DNA of 64,000 nt from Anaerolineae bacterium (GTDB lineage: Bacteria > Chloroflexota > Anaerolineae > UBA1429): NCBI GenBank assembly GCA_963675785.1, contig OY776562.1, positions 96,001-160,000 of the forward strand. The letters run 5' to 3'. The notes under the pieces are model-generated. The model searched no databases and was not told the origin of the DNA. It saw only the letters and a list, made by a program, of their open reading frames with translations. Below, piece after piece: positions 29,984-39,930 of the stretch. How positions within the stretch are numbered: the first letter of the stretch is position 1; each line of letters starts with the position of its first letter. The translations under genes were made by a program, and so were the position numbers.

Positions 29984-31418
29984 CTTGCCTGGTAATGACG
30001 ATTCGGGTTATCGCGTATGGCGCAAAATCAAACCTGCAGTCGATGCGGCTTTGATTCTGGCGGCTTTTGCGATTGCTTATTGGTTCCGCTATGATTTACA
30101 GCTCATACGACAGGTTGAACCTGCCTTTCACGTTCGCTTTGGTGTCTATATTCCCAGTGTTTTGACCCTCATCGTGATTGTCCTCTTTTGGCTTTGGACA
30201 GAAGGATCCTACCACTCGACGCGAGGCCGTCTGCTAATCGACGAATGGGTGATCGTGTTCAAAGCTTCCATTACTGGTGTCGCCGTCGTCATTGTTCTCG
30301 TTTTTATGGCTACGCCCAGTTATTATTCACGGCTTATCTTTGCCTATGCGGGTGTAGCTATGGTTCTGCTATTGGGAGCTGCCAGAACCGTAGAACATGC
30401 AGTTCTTCGTAGGCGTCGACGTGTTGGAATTGGTGTGCGTCACATTCTGATTGTGGGTGCGGGTGAGATTGGCCGCACCCTTATGCGCAACGTTGTAGCA
30501 CGACCAGAGCTTTTCTATGTGATTGTGGGTTTTGTTGACGATGATCCACTCAAATCTCATACCGATATTGGGCCCTGTCCGGCTCTGGGCACAATAGACT
30601 CGCTTGATCGTATCATCGCCGAGCGCCAGGTAGATGAAGTGATTGTCACTCTTCCGTGGGTCTATCATGATAGAATCAGCGAGATCATGGGCACGTGCGA
30701 AGAAATCAATGTCGAAGTGAGAATTGTCCCCGACCTATTCCGCACACGCCTTAGTAGCGTCAAGATAGAGACCATCAATGGTGTGCCACTCTTGAGTCTG
30801 GCCGATACGCGGCTGAGCGAAACACAATCTGTGCTCAAACGCGTGATCGACATTGTCATCTCGATTGTGGGGCTGATCATTCTTAGTCCACTTATGTTGC
30901 TCATTTCTCTGGCAATCAAGATCGATTCCCGGGGGCCTGTTTTCTTTAGACAAGAACGTGTGGGCATGGGCGGGAAACCCTTTACGATTACAAAGTTCCG
31001 CACCATGTGTGCCGACGCTGAGAATCTCAAGGCATCTTTGGTCGACAAGAATGAGGCAACAGGCCCCATATTTAAAATCAAAGATGACCCTCGCCGAACA
31101 CGTTTGGGGCGCTTTTTGCGGCATGGCCTGGACGAGCTGCCTCAGCTCTGGAATGTGCTTTGCGGTGAGATGAGTTTCATTGGTCCTCGTCCGCCTACGC
31201 CGGATGAAGTTGAAAAATACGAACCCTGGCATATGCGTCGACTTGAGGTGCGGCCCGGTATTACCGGGCTCTGGCAGGTGAGCGGGAGGAGCGATCTCTC
31301 GTTCGATGAGATGGTTTTACTCGACACATATTACATTGAGAATTGGTCCCTCATGCTCGACTTTCGGATCGTTTTTAAGACGATTCCGGCTGTTCTTACT
31401 GGTAGCGGCGGGTACTAG
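29973..31418 (+). CDS. Polyprenyl-phosphate sugar phosphotransferase (WcaJ/WbaP-like priming glycosyltransferase)
   Basis: N-terminal TMs, GAGEIG CoA-binding-like domain, KFRTM, DELPQLWNV, PGITGLWQVSGRS. Confidence 0.9.
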   Translation: MENNLPGNDDSGYRVWRKIKPAVDAALILAAFAIAYWFRYDLQLIRQVEPAFHVRFGVYIPSVLTLIVIVLFWLWTEGSYHSTRGRLLIDEWVIVFKASITGVAVVIVLVFMATPSYYSRLIFAYAGVAMVLLLGAARTVEHAVLRRRRRVGIGVRHILIVGAGEIGRTLMRNVVARPELFYVIVGFVDDDPLKSHTDIGPCPALGTIDSLDRIIAERQVDEVIVTLPWVYHDRISEIMGTCEEINVEVRIVPDLFRTRLSSVKIETINGVPLLSLADTRLSETQSVLKRVIDIVISIVGLIILSPLMLLISLAIKIDSRGPVFFRQERVGMGGKPFTITKFRTMCADAENLKASLVDKNEATGPIFKIKDDPRRTRLGRFLRHGLDELPQLWNVLCGEMSFIGPRPPTPDEVEKYEPWHMRRLEVRPGITGLWQVSGRSDLSFDEMVLLDTYYIENWSLMLDFRIVFKTIPAVLTGSGGY

Positions 31419-31448
31419 TCTCGACAAGATGTTGTTCGGAGAGGCTCT

Positions 31449-32629
31449 ATGGCAATTGATGCAAGACAGATTAAAAGTGATGCGGTAACTGCACTGTGTC
31501 AGGAACTCGTTCGTATCCCCAGCATTTCAGGTTCAGAGGGGGCGATTGCAGACCTATTACAGCGCGAGCTCTCACAGTTGGGTTTGGATGTGTTGGTCGA
31601 TGATTACGGCAATGTAATCGGCCGCATGGGTCCGACATCGGACAAGACCCTACTTTTTGATGGGCATATGGATACCGTTACAGCCATGTACCCCGAAACG
31701 TGGACTCATGCTCCTTTTGGCGGCGAATTGGCCAATGGTGCTGTGTATGGCCGCGGTAGCACGGATATGAAAGGCAGTATCGCCTCCATGGTGGCTGCAA
31801 TACGTGCCCTGGTTGAAGGGGGTTTTGCGCCCAATGGGCAGCTTGTGGTGGCTTTTGTCGTGCAAGAAGAACCTTGTGAAGGGGCCGCTATTGGCCACGT
31901 ACTGGAGGGTCAGGATATCCATCCTGATTGGGTAGTCCTAGGTGAGCCGACCCATCTACAGCTGGCCCGCGGACATCGGGGTCGTTTAGAGATAGAGATC
32001 AATGTACAGGGCAAGGCTTGTCATGCAGCCAGTCCCTCACTGGGTGTCAATGCTATCTATGGTGCTTCTCGCCTGATCGTGGGCTTGGAAATTCAGTCGC
32101 TGCAGTTGGGTACGGACGATTTTTTGGGGCGAGGTACTTTTGCGGTAACGGATATATCCAGCAGTGCGGCCAGCCGCAACGCGGTGCCCGAGTTGTGCCA
32201 GCTTTTGGTGGATCGAAGGTTGACGGCAGGCGAAACAGAGGCTATGGCATTGGCAGAGATTCGCCGCATCGCTGCACGCGAGGATATTCAGGCGACGATT
32301 GATGTGGCCGAGACCGTTATTGAGACATACAAGGGCGGCCAGATCAGACAGCGCCAGAGTTATCCTGCTTGGGCTACGCCCGCCACCAGCCCCTTGGTCA
32401 AGACGGTGGCTAGTGTGGTTGAGAACGCTCTGGGCTTTGTTCCTCGCATCAGCCGTTGGGAGTTTTCGACCGACGGTGTGTACACCGCCGGTCAGGTTGG
32501 CATTCCACAGTGGGGTTTGGCCCGGGAGATGAGAAATTGGCTCACGCTATCGACGAGCATGTCGCTGTCAAGGATATGGCAGCTGCGGCACTGGTTTATG
32601 CCCGTCTGGCAGAGCGCTTGCTTAGCTAG
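31449..32629 (+). pseudogene. M20 family metallopeptidase/amidohydrolase (YgeY/ArgE-like) with a 1-nt frameshift near 32506
   Basis: DGHMDTV, GRGSTDMKG, QEE motifs; the conserved C-terminus TVGFGPGDEKLAHAIDEHV lies in another frame ending at TAG 32627-32629; may be a sequencing error. Confidence 0.7.
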
Positions 32630-32638
32630 TGAATAGAG

Positions 32639-33871
32639 TTAAGTGCGGTAGTTGGCGTTGATGTTGACGTATTCGTGCGTCAGGTCGCAGGTCCACATCG
32701 TCGCGGATTGATTGCCTAATCCGAGATCGACCGCAAAGCGCACTTCTTTTTGGGCGAGAAGCTGGGAGGCGTGCTCTTCGTCAAAGTCAATGGGTGTGCC
32801 TTTGCTGAATAGCGCCATATCCCCTAATTTTAGGCTTACCTTCTCGGGTTCTATTGTGGCGCCGCTATAGCCGACGGCGCAGATTACTCGTCCCCAGTTA
32901 GCATCTCTGCCATAGATGGCGGTTTTGACTAGCGATGAATTAGCAATTGATCTGGCAACCGCTCGCGCATCTTCTTTGGTTACCGCCCCTTCGACGACGA
33001 TTTCAACCAGGTGTTCTGCACCTTCGCCATCGCGTACGATTTCTCGCGCCAGATGGGTGACAACCTCATCCAGGGCAGTCAGCAAGGCAGGATAAAGCGG
33101 GTGGGCTTCGCTCTCGATTGCTGATAGGTCAGCAGCGCCGTTGGCTAGAACCAGTACAGTGTCATTGGTGCTCGTGTCACCATCCACTGTGATCATGTTA
33201 AAGCTGGAATCGATCACCTTATTGAGCATCGTTTGAAGTTGCTCTGCGGCTATGGCGGCATCGGTGGTGATAATGCAGAGCATGGTGGCCATATTGGGGT
33301 GGATCATCCCCGATCCTTTGGCCATGCCTGCGACTGTAAAACTTCCCTCATCGGTATTGACCCGAACGGCTACTTCTTTGGAATGGGTGTCGGTTGTCAT
33401 AATGGCTTTGGCTGCGTTGGCTCCGCCAGCGCGTTCGCCACATAGCGTGGTAGCTGCCTGGTGAATCCCCTTGTTGATCGTATCCATGGGCATGTGTTGG
33501 CCGATGACGCCTGTTGACATGACGTAAAAGGTTCCCGGTGTCGCTTCCATGGCTTGTTCTGCGATCTGGGCCATCTCGCGGGCATCTATCATACCCTGAT
33601 CGCCTGTGCAGGCGTTAGCGCAGCCGCTGTTCACAGCGACACCATGCACTAGCGCACCTGAGGATAGGACCTGCATGTCGTACCAAACGGGAGCCGCCTT
33701 GAATGCATTGCGGGTAAATACGGCAGCGCTTGTGCAAGGGGCCGACGAATAAACCAGAGCCAGATCCAGTTTACCGCTCTTTTTCAGGCCGGCAGCAATA
33801 CCATTTGCTTTAAAACCACGACATGTGGTAATGCCTGCATCATTGAGGTATTCGAGTGTGTAATGAGCCAC
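32639..33871 (-). CDS. argJ: Bifunctional ornithine acetyltransferase/N-acetylglutamate synthase
   Basis: NSGCANACTG, STGVIG, KGSGMIHPNMATML, DGDTSTND, DGEGA, INANYRT. Confidence 0.97.
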   Translation of the reverse strand: MAHYTLEYLNDAGITTCRGFKANGIAAGLKKSGKLDLALVYSSAPCTSAAVFTRNAFKAAPVWYDMQVLSSGALVHGVAVNSGCANACTGDQGMIDAREMAQIAEQAMEATPGTFYVMSTGVIGQHMPMDTINKGIHQAATTLCGERAGGANAAKAIMTTDTHSKEVAVRVNTDEGSFTVAGMAKGSGMIHPNMATMLCIITTDAAIAAEQLQTMLNKVIDSSFNMITVDGDTSTNDTVLVLANGAADLSAIESEAHPLYPALLTALDEVVTHLAREIVRDGEGAEHLVEIVVEGAVTKEDARAVARSIANSSLVKTAIYGRDANWGRVICAVGYSGATIEPEKVSLKLGDMALFSKGTPIDFDEEHASQLLAQKEVRFAVDLGLGNQSATMWTCDLTHEYVNINANYRT

Positions 33872-33885
33872 AGTGTGATTCTCCT

Positions 33886-35643
33886 CTATTCAGCAAAGAT
33901 TCCGGGAACGTAAAGTAGCATTGTCAAAACAGCATCAGATAAGGCAAAGATAGCAAATCCTGCCAACAGCGAAGCGCTGGATTTTCTATGTACATACCAC
34001 GCCGTAAAGACGCCTGCAAGCAATGCCAAAGCAGCAGGAGAAAATAGTACGATTTTATCGGCCATGGTAGCACTGATAAAAGCGGGCACTGGCAAGTCAA
34101 GCAGCCAGGATGGTCGGAAAATGTATTTGGTGACGATGTACAATACACCGGATACGATCAGCACAATGCGGGGACCACTACGTTCGAGATCACCTTCTGC
34201 GCTGATAAGCATATAAATGGAAATGAGAACCAATCCAGGGAAGAGCCAGACGACGGCCATTGGCAAAAAGCTGAGACTCTGGATCAATCCCCAAATTACA
34301 TCCGCGACCGTTTCACCAATATCCCCAAGACTTAATTTATTCAGATATGCTACTGCTTCAGCAGAAGTGCTGGCATAATAGACCTGATGAATACTCGATG
34401 TGCCTATATCGATCCAGGCGAGATGCCAATCATCTTGTGAATCAACGGCTAGCGTGGGCTTTTGTGAAGTTGTGGTAGTGCGTGCTGCTACCTGGTAGGA
34501 AACAGGTGCACCATTCTGCCAGACTGAGGTGATGATCTGGATGATTTCTGTGGTACGCCCCACCTGCTGAACGGAAAAGGCAATATAGACTGGTTCCTGT
34601 GATGTCTGCAATGTGTTGGGAAAATAACAGAATGATGAACCGCTTATATCACCTTCTAGCGGGGCGGTATCGAGTCCAAGCGTTGACTCGGCAACCGTAT
34701 AAACGGGCTCACGCGTTGTGGGCAGCTCTACTTGACCTGTGGTGGCGTTTGCAGGATCCCCAATGGGGAACCAGGCGTAAAAGGTCTCTGCCATCGGAGA
34801 GGTGAGGCCGCCGCCACGGCGTTCTCTTGTCCAAAAGACATAAACACTCTCGTCTTCTATGGCGATGGCCGGTGCTCGCGCGACCAGTCCTGTGCTGATC
34901 GCAAACATCGTCAAAACAGAACTCTGCTCAAGGTCGCCAGTCTGAGCATTAATGATGCCATAGTTCACATTGCGACGCGATAGTTCTGGCGAGCTATACC
35001 ACACAACCTGAATAGAGCCGTCGTTTGCTAAAGCGGCGGCGATATCCGACGCCTCTATGCCAAGATCTGTCGGGGCCATACGCAATGTGCCCTGAGCAGA
35101 GAGTGCGCTGTAGAATAGGGAGGCTGTATCTTGGACTTTGCCGCTCCACAAGAGGGCAACTGCGCCTTCATCGAGGGGCACAGTTGCGCAGGTCAGGTCC
35201 GTGATGCCTTCTGCTAGGGTTTGTTCAGCGCGGATTGTTCCATCAACAGAAACGAGTGCATACATGAGGTCGGTCTGGCCGGATACCCACACCAGATGAA
35301 ATTGATCATTGCCAGCTGGAATCAGTGTAAGCTGGGAGGGTGCATTGGGAGAAGCAACAACGTAATCTGCCAGCGGGGTTCCACTTTTATCTAGGGTTTG
35401 GATGCGAATCTGCTTTGTGCCCGTACTGATATCAACCCAGGCCAATATGGGGGAATCTTGGGTCGTTAGAGCAAGCTGTACGTTTTCCGCATTGCTTGTT
35501 TCTCCTACTAGAACACCACGGCTCCAATCAGAGCCGGTAGTTTCACTGCGCTGCAAGCCAGTTCCGCAGCTCGCACAGGATAAAACAATAACAATAGCTG
35601 TCGCGAGGAATAGCACTCGCCTCTTGGTTTTCATCTGTGGCAT
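33886..35643 (-). CDS. Hypothetical lipoprotein with a large extracellular beta-rich domain and about 5 C-terminal TM helices
   Basis: Signal peptide with lipobox-like LSCASC; repeated HLVW/HLAW strands; hydrophobic C-terminus; start uncertain (35643 has an AAGGA SD). Confidence 0.65.
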   Translation of the reverse strand: MPQMKTKRRVLFLATAIVIVLSCASCGTGLQRSETTGSDWSRGVLVGETSNAENVQLALTTQDSPILAWVDISTGTKQIRIQTLDKSGTPLADYVVASPNAPSQLTLIPAGNDQFHLVWVSGQTDLMYALVSVDGTIRAEQTLAEGITDLTCATVPLDEGAVALLWSGKVQDTASLFYSALSAQGTLRMAPTDLGIEASDIAAALANDGSIQVVWYSSPELSRRNVNYGIINAQTGDLEQSSVLTMFAISTGLVARAPAIAIEDESVYVFWTRERRGGGLTSPMAETFYAWFPIGDPANATTGQVELPTTREPVYTVAESTLGLDTAPLEGDISGSSFCYFPNTLQTSQEPVYIAFSVQQVGRTTEIIQIITSVWQNGAPVSYQVAARTTTTSQKPTLAVDSQDDWHLAWIDIGTSSIHQVYYASTSAEAVAYLNKLSLGDIGETVADVIWGLIQSLSFLPMAVVWLFPGLVLISIYMLISAEGDLERSGPRIVLIVSGVLYIVTKYIFRPSWLLDLPVPAFISATMADKIVLFSPAALALLAGVFTAWYVHRKSSASLLAGFAIFALSDAVLTMLLYVPGIFAE

Positions 35644-35771
35644 GTTCCTTTCCATACTGCAAGTATACGAGCCCTGCCGTGTACTGCCAACAAGACTTGC
35701 CTCATTGACCATGTCTTGAGGCTATTGGTATAATCAATAGTCAGTTTTGTAAGATTGCTAGTGAGGCATTG

Positions 35772-36143
35772 ATGACGCGTATTCGTATTTGTGTTGGCCC
35801 AGTGAGTGTTGCGGCCGAGCTTGAAGATAATCAGACGGCTGCCCGTATCGTTGAGGTTTTACCCTTGAACGCCCAGGCTGCATTGTGGGGCGATGAGATC
35901 TATTTCGGGTTGCCAGTGTTCATGGCTGTAGATGATACCGTGGATCAGGTGGAGGTCGGCGATATCGCTTACTGGTCGCCGGGGCATGCGTTCTGCATCT
36001 TTTTTGGGCGAACGCCCATGAGCAGAGGCAACGAAATTCGACCAGCCAGCCCGGTGAGCGTTTTTGGCCACATCCTCGGCGATGCGCGGACTTTTACTGC
36101 TTGTGCGGCTGGTGATCTGGTGAGCGTCGAACTCGTTCAATAA
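35772..36143 (+). CDS. Cyclophilin-like fold protein
   Basis: WGDEIYF, GDIAYWSPGHAFCIFFGRTP, PASPVSVFG. Confidence 0.8.
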   Translation: MTRIRICVGPVSVAAELEDNQTAARIVEVLPLNAQAALWGDEIYFGLPVFMAVDDTVDQVEVGDIAYWSPGHAFCIFFGRTPMSRGNEIRPASPVSVFGHILGDARTFTACAAGDLVSVELVQ

Positions 36144-36158
36144 ACGGAAGGATAGGTG

Positions 36159-36941
36159 ATGGACATGGCCTTTGAAAAAGAACGTCGGATTCTTGTAGCG
36201 GCTGAGGAGGCAGCGGAGCCAGTGGGCCCTATCTCTGACCTCCTGCCGGGTGGGCTGACGCTGGATGCCGCACATATGATCTGTGAGGGAAATATCCAGG
36301 CCAGGCTCGACGCGGGTGCGAAATTGGCTGGCTATAAAGTCGGATTCACCAACATTCCCGTGCGAGACAACATGGGTCTGCCCGATTCTACCTATGGCTA
36401 TATTCTAGATGAGATGGTGCTGCAGTCCGGTGGCACAGTGAATATGTCCAAACTGGTGGCGCCCAAAATCGAATGTGAGATTTGCTTTAGACTGGGTGAG
36501 GATATCAACCCTGATGGATTGACGATAGCGCGTGTGCTGGCTCAAAGCGATGGTGTCTGCGCTGCCTTTGAGATCTGCGACGCACGCATCAAGGATTGGA
36601 AGTGCCCCTACCCCGATTTCTTCGCAGATAACGGTTTTTCTGCCCGTATTGTGCTCTCCGGGGAATGGTTCGCCCCTTCTCAGGTTGATCTGCTGGGGGA
36701 GATGGTGACACTCTATAAGGATGGCGTTGAGCTTGCCAGCGGCAAGGGCGAAATGGCCATGGGACATCCAGCAAATGCCGTTATCTGGCTGGCGAACAAA
36801 CTCAAGGATCGCGGGCGCACTCTGAAGGCGGGCAATGTGGTGATGACGGGCACACTCACGCCCATTATTCTCGTCGAAAAGGGCGCCGAATATGTGGCGC
36901 AGTTTTCAACGTTGGGGGAGGTCACTCAAAAGTTCAAGTGA
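36159..36941 (+). CDS. Fumarylacetoacetate hydrolase family protein (2-keto-4-pentenoate hydratase-like)
   Basis: GYKVGFT, PKIECEI, FEICDARI, ADN, MGHPANAVIWLAN, MTGT. Confidence 0.85.
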   Translation: MDMAFEKERRILVAAEEAAEPVGPISDLLPGGLTLDAAHMICEGNIQARLDAGAKLAGYKVGFTNIPVRDNMGLPDSTYGYILDEMVLQSGGTVNMSKLVAPKIECEICFRLGEDINPDGLTIARVLAQSDGVCAAFEICDARIKDWKCPYPDFFADNGFSARIVLSGEWFAPSQVDLLGEMVTLYKDGVELASGKGEMAMGHPANAVIWLANKLKDRGRTLKAGNVVMTGTLTPIILVEKGAEYVAQFSTLGEVTQKFK

Positions 36942-37032
36942 CCTGTTGGTTTACCAAAAGCTCTGTGCTAGAATGCCGCAGATATGCTAGCTTGCCTGTT
37001 GGCATCTAGCATACGTCATTGTGGGGTGATAT

Positions 37033-37749
37033 ATGTCTGTTCGTGCGTTATTGTTGGATCTCGATGATACACTCTTGATAAACGATATCGAGAGCTTTTT
37101 CCCCGCTTATTACGGGGCACTCGTTGAGTGTTTCAAGGACGTTCTTCCACCTGTCAAGCTGCTTGATGCTTTAAAGATTGGCACCAAGGCCATGATGGCT
37201 AATACCGGTACTGGGCGCATCAACAGCAAAGTGTTTTGGCACGAGTTTACGCCTCGTGTCGAGCGGCCTCAAGAAGAGATGGAGCCCATCTTCCAGTCGT
37301 TTTATGAGAATGAATTCGATGCTCTAGCTTCAGTAACGTCAGTAGATCCAGCAGCTCGACGGCTGGTTCAGATAGCTCGCGAAAAGGGCTATGCTCTGGC
37401 TGTTGCTACACAGCCGGTTTTCCCGCTTCCGGCCGTCTTGGCTCGATTGCGCTGGGCTGGTGTGCCTCATGAAGAAATTCAATACGATTTTATCTCAACC
37501 TATGACGATTTGAGTGCCTGTAAACCGCATCCGGCCTTTTTTGAGCAAGTGCTTGATGCCCTGGGCCTAGAGCCTTCGGAAGCCGTGATGGTTGGAGATA
37601 GTCTTACGTCGGATATGCCTGCTTCCAAGCTGGGCATCCGTACCTTTTGGGTAACGCGCAATGGAGGCGTGGCATCAGAAGCAGATTGGAGCGGCGATCT
37701 GAATGCGTTGTGTGAGCTTGTTTTATCGGGGGGATTGGATGAAGAATGA
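37033..37749 (+). CDS. HAD family hydrolase
   Basis: DLDDTL motif I, KPHPAFF, MVGDSLTSD. Confidence 0.88.
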   Translation: MSVRALLLDLDDTLLINDIESFFPAYYGALVECFKDVLPPVKLLDALKIGTKAMMANTGTGRINSKVFWHEFTPRVERPQEEMEPIFQSFYENEFDALASVTSVDPAARRLVQIAREKGYALAVATQPVFPLPAVLARLRWAGVPHEEIQYDFISTYDDLSACKPHPAFFEQVLDALGLEPSEAVMVGDSLTSDMPASKLGIRTFWVTRNGGVASEADWSGDLNALCELVLSGGLDEE

Positions 37750-38912
37750 CCACAGATAGCGGTCGGTTGATGCAAATAGCAGACAATGTGCGCAGCAGCT
37801 TTGTGAAGGCTTTTGAGTGCGAGCCCGAGTTTCTGTTGGCTGCGCCCGGGCGCGTGAATCTCATCGGTGAACATACAGATTACAACGATGGTTTTGTTCT
37901 ACCTGCCGCTATTGACCGCCATGTTGTAATGGCTGTTCGTCGCCGAAGTGATCACCATGTTCGCATCAGCGCCGTGGATTTTGATGACCTTTCAGCATTC
38001 GATTTGGATAACATCGAGCGGGTGAATCACGCGACCTGGAGCAACTATGAGCGCGGTGTGGCTTGGGTGTTGCAGGACGAAGGGTACGCTATAAGCGGCC
38101 TGGATTTGGCTGTCTCTAGTGATGTGCCCATTGGTTCCGGCCTCAGCTCTTCAGCGGCTATTGAACTGGCCACGGCTTTTGCTTTCCAAACTGCCTATCA
38201 GCTCGAATTGGACGGTGTCAAGCGGGCACTCCTTTGTCAGCGGGCCGAGAATGACTTTGTGGGTATGCGTTGCGGCATAATGGATCAATATATCATTTCA
38301 TTGGCTGAAGCCGAGCGGGCGCTGCTGATCGACTGCCGCAGTTTGCAGTACGAGCTGGCTAGGCTGCCCGAGGGTTGCAGTATGATCATCTGCGATACAC
38401 GCAAAAAACGCGGTTTGGTTGATTCCGAGTACAACACGCGTCGTGAGGAATGTGAGCGTGGCGCTGCTATCCTAGGCGTCAAGGCCTTGCGGGATGTTTC
38501 TGTAGAGACTTTTGAGGCACGGGCAGTCGAGTTGGATGAGGTAACTCGTAAGCGTTGTCGGCATGTGGTGATGGAAGATCAGCGTGTGCTGGATGCTGTC
38601 AAGGCGCTGGAAGATAGCGATGCCGCAGCCTTTGGCAAGCTGATGAATGCTTCGCATGTGAGCCTGCGCGACGATTACGAGGTGAGCTGCGCAGAGTTAG
38701 ATGCTATGGTCGAGGCGGCCTGGGCTTGTGAGGGTGTTTTGGGAGCACGTATGACTGGTGCCGGTTTCGGCGGCTGTACTGTCAACTTGGTATGTGACGG
38801 GGCCGTAGACGCCTTTTTGGCGAGTGTGCCAGCGCAGTATCAGGTGAAAACGGGGCTCACACCAAATGTGTATGTTTGCAGGGCAGTCCAAGGAGTTGGC
38901 CTGCTGGGCTAG
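37746..38912 (+). CDS. galK: Galactokinase
   Basis: PGRVNLIGEHTDYNDG, PIGSGLSSSAA, CGIMDQ, GARMTGAGFGG. Confidence 0.97.
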   Translation: MTTDSGRLMQIADNVRSSFVKAFECEPEFLLAAPGRVNLIGEHTDYNDGFVLPAAIDRHVVMAVRRRSDHHVRISAVDFDDLSAFDLDNIERVNHATWSNYERGVAWVLQDEGYAISGLDLAVSSDVPIGSGLSSSAAIELATAFAFQTAYQLELDGVKRALLCQRAENDFVGMRCGIMDQYIISLAEAERALLIDCRSLQYELARLPEGCSMIICDTRKKRGLVDSEYNTRREECERGAAILGVKALRDVSVETFEARAVELDEVTRKRCRHVVMEDQRVLDAVKALEDSDAAAFGKLMNASHVSLRDDYEVSCAELDAMVEAAWACEGVLGARMTGAGFGGCTVNLVCDGAVDAFLASVPAQYQVKTGLTPNVYVCRAVQGVGLLG

Positions 38913-38930
38913 GATAAAAATAGGAATAAC

Positions 38931-38964
38931 AAAGAGCGCCAGCCTACGAGGTTGGCGCTCTTTT
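38931..38964. terminator. Bidirectional terminator between galK and the convergent GT2
   Basis: AAAGAGCGCCAGCCT-ACG-AGGTTGGCGCTCTTTT. Confidence 0.65.
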
Positions 38965-39930
38965 CATGATCCAAAAGCTCCAGATGCCTTTTGCCATACC
39001 AAGCCCCAGTGCTAAGGCACGGACGAGGAGCAGGAAGGGGGCAACATAGGCTACTGTTCGGTCGTGCTGCCAGGCATAGCTGATGAACGTGAGGCAGTTG
39101 ACGGCAAAGGCGATCAAGACGACTGCTGCGCCGGGCCAGGCACTTGGCCAAAAGAGAGTGGCGATAAGCATTAAAAGTAATAGATAGGCCAATACCATCT
39201 GTGATTTCTGGGTTGGAGGTGTATGCGAATCGTTGCTAGCCTTGCTAGGATGCAACTTTAGAATGTAGGCCTTCCAATAGCCAATGCTGACTTTTTTGCG
39301 GGCATACCATGCTACTGTATCGGCGTGAACATGCTGAACAACCGCTTTTGGCACAAAGATGAGCTTGTAACCTGCCTCGGCTACTCTAAAGGAGAGTTCT
39401 TGATCTTCCAGTGAGGTTGAAGGAAGAGTCTCGTCAAAACCGCCCACCGTCAGCAGTACCTCGCGGCGATAGATGGCCGAATACGTATCGACAAAATCGA
39501 TGCGCTCTGTACCACGCATGCGCTCGTATTTGGTCTCATATTCGGTTTGAACAAAACGGGCTACTAGGCCGGTTTGTTTACTGGTGTAGGTGCCCTTGCC
39601 GCCGTCAGCATCAGCAGTCTGCACGGCTTGCAATAGAATGTCGATCCAGTTTGGCGCGGGGATGCAGTCGGCGTCAGTAAAGAGCACCCATTCGCCATTC
39701 GCCTCCCGAATACCCGTGTTCCTGGCCTTGGCGGGGCCGCCAGGGTTCTGGGAGAGTAGAGTGACGTGGCCAAAGCGCTGCACGGCAGTAGCGGTGCCAT
39801 CGGTTGAGCCGTCGTCCACCACGATAATTTCGTACTCGTCAGTGGGGATGGATTGATTCTCCAGTGCCAGCAGGCACTGGGAAATGGTGTTGACGCCGTT
39901 TCGCACGGGGATGACGACGGAGGCCTTCAT
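38944..39930 (-). CDS. Glycosyltransferase family 2 with C-terminal TM helices
   Basis: SVVIPVRN, VVDDGSTD, FTDADC, EDQELSFR; ATG 39930 overlaps the upstream stop (ATGA). Confidence 0.9.
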   Translation of the reverse strand: MKASVVIPVRNGVNTISQCLLALENQSIPTDEYEIIVVDDGSTDGTATAVQRFGHVTLLSQNPGGPAKARNTGIREANGEWVLFTDADCIPAPNWIDILLQAVQTADADGGKGTYTSKQTGLVARFVQTEYETKYERMRGTERIDFVDTYSAIYRREVLLTVGGFDETLPSTSLEDQELSFRVAEAGYKLIFVPKAVVQHVHADTVAWYARKKVSIGYWKAYILKLHPSKASNDSHTPPTQKSQMVLAYLLLLMLIATLFWPSAWPGAAVVLIAFAVNCLTFISYAWQHDRTVAYVAPFLLLVRALALGLGMAKGIWSFWIMKRAPTS

